From: Thalia democratica
Taxonomy: Eukaryota
Length of the DNA stretch: 64,000 bases
Assembly (NCBI GenBank): GCA_965202585.1
Contig: OZ241826.1
Location: forward strand, 91,574,001-91,638,000
Direction: 5' to 3'
Positions 30,001 to 39,000 of the stretch are shown in pieces; the first letter of the stretch is position 1, and every line of letters starts with the position of its first letter. The translations under genes and the position numbers were made by a program. The notes beneath the pieces were generated by a model. It was not told the origin of the DNA. It searched no databases and was given only the letters and a program-made list of their open reading frames with translations.

Positions 30001-33000
30001 GGAGTGCTAACATACTGTTATTAAATTACTTGTTTATTGCAGCGCTTTTTAATCTTTTGCACCCCTTACAGCAAATGAGCCACAATTTTAAAATCAACAT
30101 ATTTTATACAAACACAATTGAAAACAAAATATTTTTACACAATTCAAAACCAACAGGTACATCAAGATAGGGGACAAGGAGTGCGAGTACCACCCCTCCT
30201 TCAAGCTCATCCTGCACACGAAATTAGCCAACCCGCACTACCAGCCCGAGACGCAGGCCCAGTGCACGTTGATCAACTTCACGGTGACCAGGGACGGGTT
30301 GGAGGACCAGCTGCTGGCCGACGTGGTGGGCATGGAGAGACCCGATCTCGAGGAACTCAAGGTTTGTGATAAATAAACTAATAAATAAACAAAACTAATA
30401 AATAAATGTTTTTGTATATTATTGTTATTATTATTATTATTAAATAAATATTCGAAGAACTCAAGGTTTTTGATTTTATTAGTTGGTTGAAAATATATTA
30501 AGTTTTACTTATAACAAATAAAAGATATTGTTTTTGTTTGGTTGTTTAACGTAAAGTAAAAAAATCTTATTTTTGCCCATTGTATAATTACTTAATGAAA
30601 AATGCAAAATTATTGTTAAGTCTTTTTAAAACTAATTCGTATTAAATGTTGTTATGCGAAAACCATAAGTATTAAAAGAAAAAATTGAAAAACTCAATGT
30701 TTGATAAAATTATTATAGTTTTTCAATTAATTAATTAGATAAAGTGTAAAGAACTTATTTTTACCTTACTAGTAGTGTAGTTACCTTAAGAAAAGGTTTG
30801 ATTAGTTTTATTAGTTGGTTGAAAATTATATTAAGTTTAACTTATAAAGTCTACTTACTTTATATGAAGTTTTCAACAGTTTTGAATTTTAAAATACGTT
30901 TTAAAAACAACTTGTATGCGGTGATGTTATTTTAAAGGCATATATTTTGAAAGGTAGGAAATTAGCCTATTGAAAAGTTATAATATTGAAACACGCAACA
31001 TTTTAATTCCAGGCCAACCTGACGAAGCAGCAGAACGATTTCAAGATAACGCTGAAGGAGCTGGAAGACAATTTGCTGGCGAGGTTGTCGGCTGCCAGCG
31101 GTGACTTCCTCAGCGACACCGCGCTCGTTGAAAATCTCGAAAACACCAAGAAAACCGGTTTGCATAGTTTCAAAGTTTTTTTAAAATAATATTTAGTTAA
31201 CTGTGCGTACATTTTATTTTCTATAAGTTTTTTAATTAAATTTTCAGTTGAAAAATCATTTTGTTATAAAATTAATGATATGTGCATTTCAACAATTTAT
31301 TAATTGAAGAGTTTTTATGCGTATAGTTATTGATGTTATGTATTCTACTTTTTTGTTTATATACTAAACCCATTAAAGCTTTACTTTCGTTCAAGTGAGG
31401 AAATTTAAAATTTTTACTTTTAAAAAGTACATGGTTTAGATTTTGTCAAACTGCTATTTAATCATTTCTTCTAATAAAGTAATTGAAAACTCCAATTGTT
31501 TATACAATTTCATGTAAACAACTTTTTTAAATGTTAGTTACATGTACAATGCTTAAACTTCTTCTGAGATCAACACGTTTACAATTTAAACTCCCCTAAA
31601 AGTACCCGCTTTCGTTTAATTTGAGAAATCAATATTACAGCCGCGGAGGTCGAGGAAAAAGTGAAGGAGGCGAAGGTGACGGAGGAGCAGATAAACATCG
31701 CGAGGGAGGAGTACAGAGGGGCGGCAAGCAGAGCCTCACTGCTGTACTTCATACTGAACGACCTCAACAAGATACACCCCATGTACCAGTTCTCATTGAA
31801 GGTTTGAATTTTTATATAATTACAAAATACACCCATGTACCAGTTCTCATTGAAGGTTTGAATTTTTATATAATAACAAAATACACCCCATGTACCAGTT
31901 CTCATTGAAGGTTTGAATTTTTATATAATAACAAATTCAACACATGTACCAGTTCTCACTGAAGGTTTTTTGAGTGATATATGTTTGATTTTTAATTTAA
32001 TAAAATGAGAACAAAATACATACCTTGTACAGTTCTCATTTAAGTTTAGTAGTATTTGTTTGAATTTTTTAATACTATAAGCACTAAATAAATGTACTTC
32101 ATTCACACTGAACGACTTCCATAAAATAAATTATATGTACAAATTTTCATTGAAGATAGGTATTATGTGTTTGATTTTACAACAACACAAAATACATCTC
32201 ATGTACCAGTTCTCATTGAAGGTGCTAGTATAATTTTTGCTGTTTGTTAAACATCTAATTGTTTGATGCTTATGAAGCATCAACAGAAATAGAATAAGAA
32301 ATATATATTTTGTTTTAATAGTAAGTCAATTCTTGAGGGGATTACATAGCTGAATAACATTACTACCTCGATTAATGGAATTTTTTTAAATAGTTTTCTT
32401 TTAGTTTAAGTAAGCCATAAAAATTTGCAACGATTGTTTATTATCGATTTTGGATAAGTAATTTATTATTTAGATTAAATTTTAAATTAAACAATCTCAC
32501 CACTTTCAAACAGTCGTTCAAGATCGTGTTCGAGCAGGCGGTGCAGAAGGCGGTGCAAGACGAGCAGCTGAAAGTGCGGGTGAGCAACATAACCAGCAGC
32601 ATCACGTTCAGCGCGTTCCTCTACACCTCACGCGGTTTGTTCGAGCAGCACAAGATCATATTCACCGCCCAAGTCGCTTTCCAGGTTCGTGTTTGTTATT
32701 ATTTATTTGAATAAATAGTGAGTATTTTGTTATTAAAATAATGTTATTCAGAGGAACAAAAATTCTTGTTTTAATTATGAGTATAAATAATAAAAATATC
32801 ATATTTAGCGCCCAAGTCGCTTTCCACGTTTGATTTCGCGTTGATTTAAATTAACAGTTCAGTTCTTTATTGAAATTCTTTATTTCATTACTTTATTTCT
32901 CGGTTATTTTGTAAATTTTAATATCTGCGCACAGTATATTACGATTTTATAGGTTTGTTTTTATTTAAAAGTTTGGTTTTTTATTGACATAACTAACAGA

Positions 33001-36000
33001 AATATATAAATATTATAATTAAATAAATAAGTGTTTAAATTTTTAATATTTTACGCTTACTTTTTTCAACAATAACCAATACTTTAATTCCTATGTATGT
33101 AATGTATGTTTGATTGAAAATATTTTAACAAAGGTGTTGCTGATGCAAAAAGCGATCAACGCGAAGGAGTTGGAATTTCTGCTGAGATTTCCCACTCAAT
33201 CGGCCACCAGTCCCGTCGATTTCCTCAGCAACAATTCGTGGGGAACTATCAAGGTGAGCTTATTGAGGCTGTATGGCGTTAATATAAAAACAACTAGTCT
33301 ATGATATAAAACTTTAATGTCTTTTTTGTTGGGGTTCATAAAATAACTGTTGCTTAAAACACATGCGTTTGTGTTTGAAATGTGTATTAGTTGTACAAGC
33401 ATAAGATATGTATGAAAAATTAAACGTAAAAGTAAACTTATATGTTTATATTTTACAAGCGGAATACTTTGTTTCTTACTTGTTCCCTTTTATTTTTCAC
33501 AAGTTTCACAAACAAAACTCAACACGACTTTGTAGTTCTGAAACGCAAACCAAATATAATCTTCAGTTGCTGGCGGACATGGACGAGTTCCGGGGGCTGG
33601 ACAAGGACATCGAGGGGTCGGCGAAGCGGTGGAAGAAGCTGGTGGAGAGCGAGGCGCCGGAGAAGGAGAAGCTCCCCCAGGAGTGGAAGAACAAGAACAG
33701 CATCCAGAAGCTGTGCATTATGAGGGCGCTCCGGCCCGACAGGATGACCTACGCAGTCAGGTGAGAGGAGAAAATACATTAAATAGTTATTTTCATTTGC
33801 TGGTTTTAAAAAATAGGTTCTTTAAATTATGAACATTAAACAATTGCAACTAAGTATTTTTTGATTTATATATACTGACCCGACAGGATGACCTACGCAG
33901 TGAGGTGAGAGGAGAAAATACTTTTAATAGTTATTTTCATTTACTTTAAAAAAAATAGGTTCTTTAACTATGAACATTAAATAACTGCAATTAAGTATTT
34001 TTTGATTTATATATACTGACGCGACAAGATGACCTACGCCGTCAGGTGAGAAAATATATTTAAAAAAATATATTTTGTTTAAAGTTTTAGATTGCTTGTC
34101 AAAAACGACTTGATAAGTTTTAGGTTGAAGTTTACTTAAAACAAACTTAACGTCAGAATGATTTACGATCTCAGGTGACTAAGTGTATATAAACTATCAA
34201 AATTATAATATTTGATTTAGTATTTAAAAGCTAGTTGACCGATTTGTTTTTATGATGTTATGATATTTTTACAATAATGAACGACCTATGCCGTCGAGTG
34301 AAACAAAAAAAAATATTTTTTTTTAACTAGTTAGAATAAAAACAATTCGTTTTGGTGAAATAAATTTTCAACAAAACAAGATTAGAAATAGTTGTGTGTT
34401 ATATGCACTAAAAAATATTTTTTAATGTTATACTTTATATTTTTTCAGGGATTTTGTTGATCAGAACCTTGGTAACGAGTATGTTGAAACAAGGGGAATA
34501 CCCTTTGAAAAATCCTTCGAAGAAACCGGGCCTCAGACCCCAACCTTCTTCATATTGTCACCCGGTTCGTTGTTTGTTTTAAATTTAAATTTTCAAGTTT
34601 TTTAGAATAAAACTATTGCTTCTTCTTTCAATAATTCCTTAAAGTTATGAAGACAGTCAGTTAAAATTTTTGTTACGCTTACAGATCGCGTAACAAAAAT
34701 ACTTTTCAACAATACAATTCATAATACTTGAAGATATAAAACTAATTTGTTAAACACCCGCTTTTCACTGAAAATTTGATCAGTTCTCCAAATAAAATTT
34801 TACTCAACAGGTGCACTTAAACAACTGAAAAAAAAAATGTATAAAATATCTATATTTCACCACAAATTTACTCACAGGAGTGGACCCGCTGACGGACGTG
34901 GAGAAGTTGGGCAAGAAGCTCGGCTTCAGCATGGACAACAAGAACTTCCACAACGTGTCCCTCGGTCAGGGACAGGAGGTGGTGGCCGAGAGCGCGCTGG
35001 ACGTCGCCGCCGAGAAGGGACACTGGGTCATACTGCAGAACATCCACTTGGTGGCCAAGTGGCTCATGACCCTCCAGAACAAAATTGAAAAGGTTTACTT
35101 GATGGAATTTTACCTTGAATACTTTAGTTGCTTTCTTTTCGGTTGACTGTAGCAGACAGTGAAATAGTTAAAATTAAGTTGAGAAAAAATAATACCTATT
35201 TTTCTGTTAAATTTATTTTAGAAAGTGTTTAGATAATACTAATATAATTACTTTAAAAAATAATAATTAAGAGTATTTTTCAAAAACGCTTTGTTGTTAC
35301 TGAACTTTAACGGAAACCTATTTATTCGTTTTTGTTAACAATAGAAATATTTAACATATACAACACTAAGTATACTAAAATTAAAATATGTTTACTTCAA
35401 CCTACAGCAGTGGTAGTTTGATTTTAAAAGTAATTAAACAACCAATAAAAACACTAAGTTTCTTAGTGCAAGTTTTTCCACAGCACAGTGACGGCGAGGC
35501 TCACAAGGACTTCAGGATATTCATGAGCGCGGAACCGGCGGGGTCCCCGGAGTACCACATAATTCCGCAGGGGATCCTGGAAAACTCGATCAAGATCACC
35601 AACGAGCCTCCCACCGGGATGCACTCCAACATCCACAAGGCTCTCGATAACTTCAATCAGGTAAAGTTTTAGTAAAAGTTTTTAATTTTAATTCTTTTAT
35701 TTTATTTTTTTTTTTAGTTTTCTTTAAATTAGCTTATTGAAGCGGTAAAACCATAGGAAAGAGCAGAAACAGTAGATCTAAACAAAAATTACTTTGTAAT
35801 TATTTAATATCATTATTCGTTCTTTATCAATAAAAAACTTTGCTTTGTTACCAAACGCAAAACAAAACTTATTTCAACACAAATTATTCAACAGGATACT
35901 TTGGAAATGCGTTTACTAATTACTTTTGAATTTTGTCTAAAACTAATTAAAGCTCTAAAACTAATACTAAAAAAGAGTAGAAAGTTGTACCGAAATAAAC

Positions 36001-39000
36001 AGTATATTTAGAAAAAAAATTTCATTGCATAATTTAACTTGTGACGATCGCTCGACTCCTCGGTACTTTCCCTAGACGGAGCCGGCGGTCGAGACTTCTC
36101 TGTTTCGCTAACAACGGGATCAGGCGCGTTGGCTGACTCAGAGCGAGTTGTCATTTTGGCCAATTTCTTGGCAACTTGTTTTGAATTCATGTCGCGCTAC
36201 TTATCGATTGATATACCGCGAATGAATGGTCAAGTAGTATAAACTAAAACAACAAAAATGTATAAACACAATTATTTATTAAAAGAACTCACAACGTAAA
36301 ATATAACACACAAGTAATCTTTATAATCGTAAGTAAATGAACACAAGTATAATATTAGACTAAAACTAGCAAAAAGTAAAACACTGACTTTTGTCTATAT
36401 CGTCTATGCGATCAAGAAGCGCATGCGATAAAAAGCGCATGCGATACAAAAGCGACGTAATCGTTCATGCGTAGTATATATAGTGCTTTAACAATCCCTT
36501 TTTCCTAATTCTCTCAATTTATAACAGAGCATGTCTGTTAGACTGCTACAAACTAACTAATGTAGATCTGAGTTCTAAAATGACAATACCATGCATTTTT
36601 TAGTTTTAAGTTGTTGTTAGTTTACCTATTAGCAACTTTAGCTCAATTGGTATAAAAAATGCAATTTTTTTAACTACTAAAATGTTCAACAGGACACTTT
36701 GGAAATGTGCGCCAGAGAGCAGGAGTTCAAAGCAATTTTGTTCGCGCTGTGCTACTTCCACGCGGTGGTGTGCGAGAGAAGAAAGTTCGGTCCTCAGGGA
36801 TGGAACAGGGTCTACCCGTACAACACCGGCGATCTGACCATCTCCGTCAACGTCCTGTACAACTACCTGGAAGCCAACAACAAGGTGATTTATAAATAAA
36901 ATAGATGAAAAGCTTGTAAGACTGCGAAAGCGATACAAGTTGAATAAAAAATGAATGAGTTTTGTTTTAATTGCAAAAATTAAATGCAAGTGTACAAATT
37001 TTGTAGTTGTATTATGTGTTATGTTAAACAGTTAAAAGCAATCTATTTTTTTTAATGCTTTGTAAAAGATTGCAACGTTTGAATAATATACTAAAATACA
37101 CTTGACACTAAGATTAAGTAAATTTAGTTCTAAAGTAAGTTTATAATGTTTTATGTTCTAATGATAATAAGTACAAAATATGCATTTACCACTAAGGGAT
37201 ACTTTACAAACAAATTTGATGCATATTGAACACAAGGTACCATGGGACGATCTTCGGTACTTGTTCGGTGAGATCATGTACGGGGGACACATCACGGACG
37301 ATTGGGATAGGAGGTTGTGCAGGACCTACCTGCAGGAGTTCATGAACCAGGAGATGTTCGATACCACCATCTACCTGGCACCGGGATTCCCCGTACCCCC
37401 ATCATTGGATTACAACGGTACGTTTGATGTTTTATTTTTTATGTTAAGATGTATATTGATTGGTATTTCTAGATGCATTATTCTTGTAAAATACGAGTTC
37501 TTTTGTGTAAAACTTAGTAGATGGCATTAGTTTTTTTTAATGAAATAAGTTTATCCGTTAAGTTGGTTTTGGAATAAAGCAGTTATCAATTTATGCTTTT
37601 TAGAAATACAAGTAATCATAATTGTAAACAGTTTGCTTAACATTGGCAAACCTACGACCCGTAAAACTTCAAACATTCTTAAAAATATTTATTCTATTCT
37701 AAAACTAGTTTGATGACTTATTTCTTTAAAAGTTTAATAAACTACAATAAAAACAAAACGCAGGGTACCACCAGTACATCGACGACGCCCTGCCTCCAGA
37801 GTCCCCGTATTTGTACGGGCTGCACCCCAACGCCGAGATAGACTTTCTCACTTCGACCTCGGACAACCTGTTCCGGACCATATTGGACCTCACCCCCAGG
37901 GACTCCGGGACGAGCGGCGATTCCGGAGACACCAGGGAGGAAAAAGTTGGTTCTTTGATAAAATAAAAATGTTGCGGGTTTTAAGTAGTTTGGTGTACAG
38001 CTAGTCAATTTTTATTTTAGTTAAAGAACTTTATTCAACACCATCTCTGAAAAACGTCACATTCGATGTTAACATGTTTAAACAACATTTAGCCAAATGT
38101 CTACTTAGTATAAATTAATTAACAGATAAAGTCGATATTAGACGAGATACTAGACAAACTGCCGGACCTGTTCAACATGTTCGAGCTGCAAGCGAAAGTT
38201 GATCCGAGCGAGAGAACTCCTTACATGGTGGTGGCGTACCAGGAATGCGAGAGAATGAACGTGCTCATTGGCGAGATAAGGTTTGAAAGATGTTTTATAG
38301 ATTTCATGCAAAGTTTTTATTTTGTTTGATAATTAAATATTCGCACTGAATAAAATACTATTCTTAACTTTTTGTGAAAATATTTACATCATTATTTTAA
38401 AATTAACAACTTTTTGACAGTATATCAATTTAGAAACTTATAAGCTTTAACCAAGTGTAATAGTTATTCTTTTCTTTGATTTTTAATCGATATATTTATT
38501 TGGTAATTTTATCTCACAAAGGTCCACACTGAAGTCGCTGGATCTTGGTCTGAAGGGAGAACTGACGATAACTCCGCAGATGGAGGCGCTGGGGAATTCC
38601 CTATTTCTAAACACGATTCCGGAAAGCTGGGCAGCCAAGGCGTACCCCTCCATGGCCGGATTGAGCTCATGGTTTGTTTGTTGAACAAATTTTTGGTTTT
38701 AATAAACTAGTGACAAGTGTGTTTGTATGTTATTTTTTTTTTAACTAAATCAGGGTTGCCACTCGGTCAGGAAAAGTCAGGAAATCAGGAAAAGTCAGGA
38801 AAAATTTTAAAAAATGACAAAAGTCAGGAAAAGTCAGGAAAAAATTGGGGGTTTTGAAAAAAAGTCAGGAAAAGTCAGGAAATTTGATAAAATTAAAAAA
38901 AAAATTCAGGTTTTATCAGATTAAATTTACAAAATTCCTTGTTTTCCAAAGCCTTCAAATGGTAAAAATTAATTAAAGGTCCTTTAAAGTCAGAAAAAAA

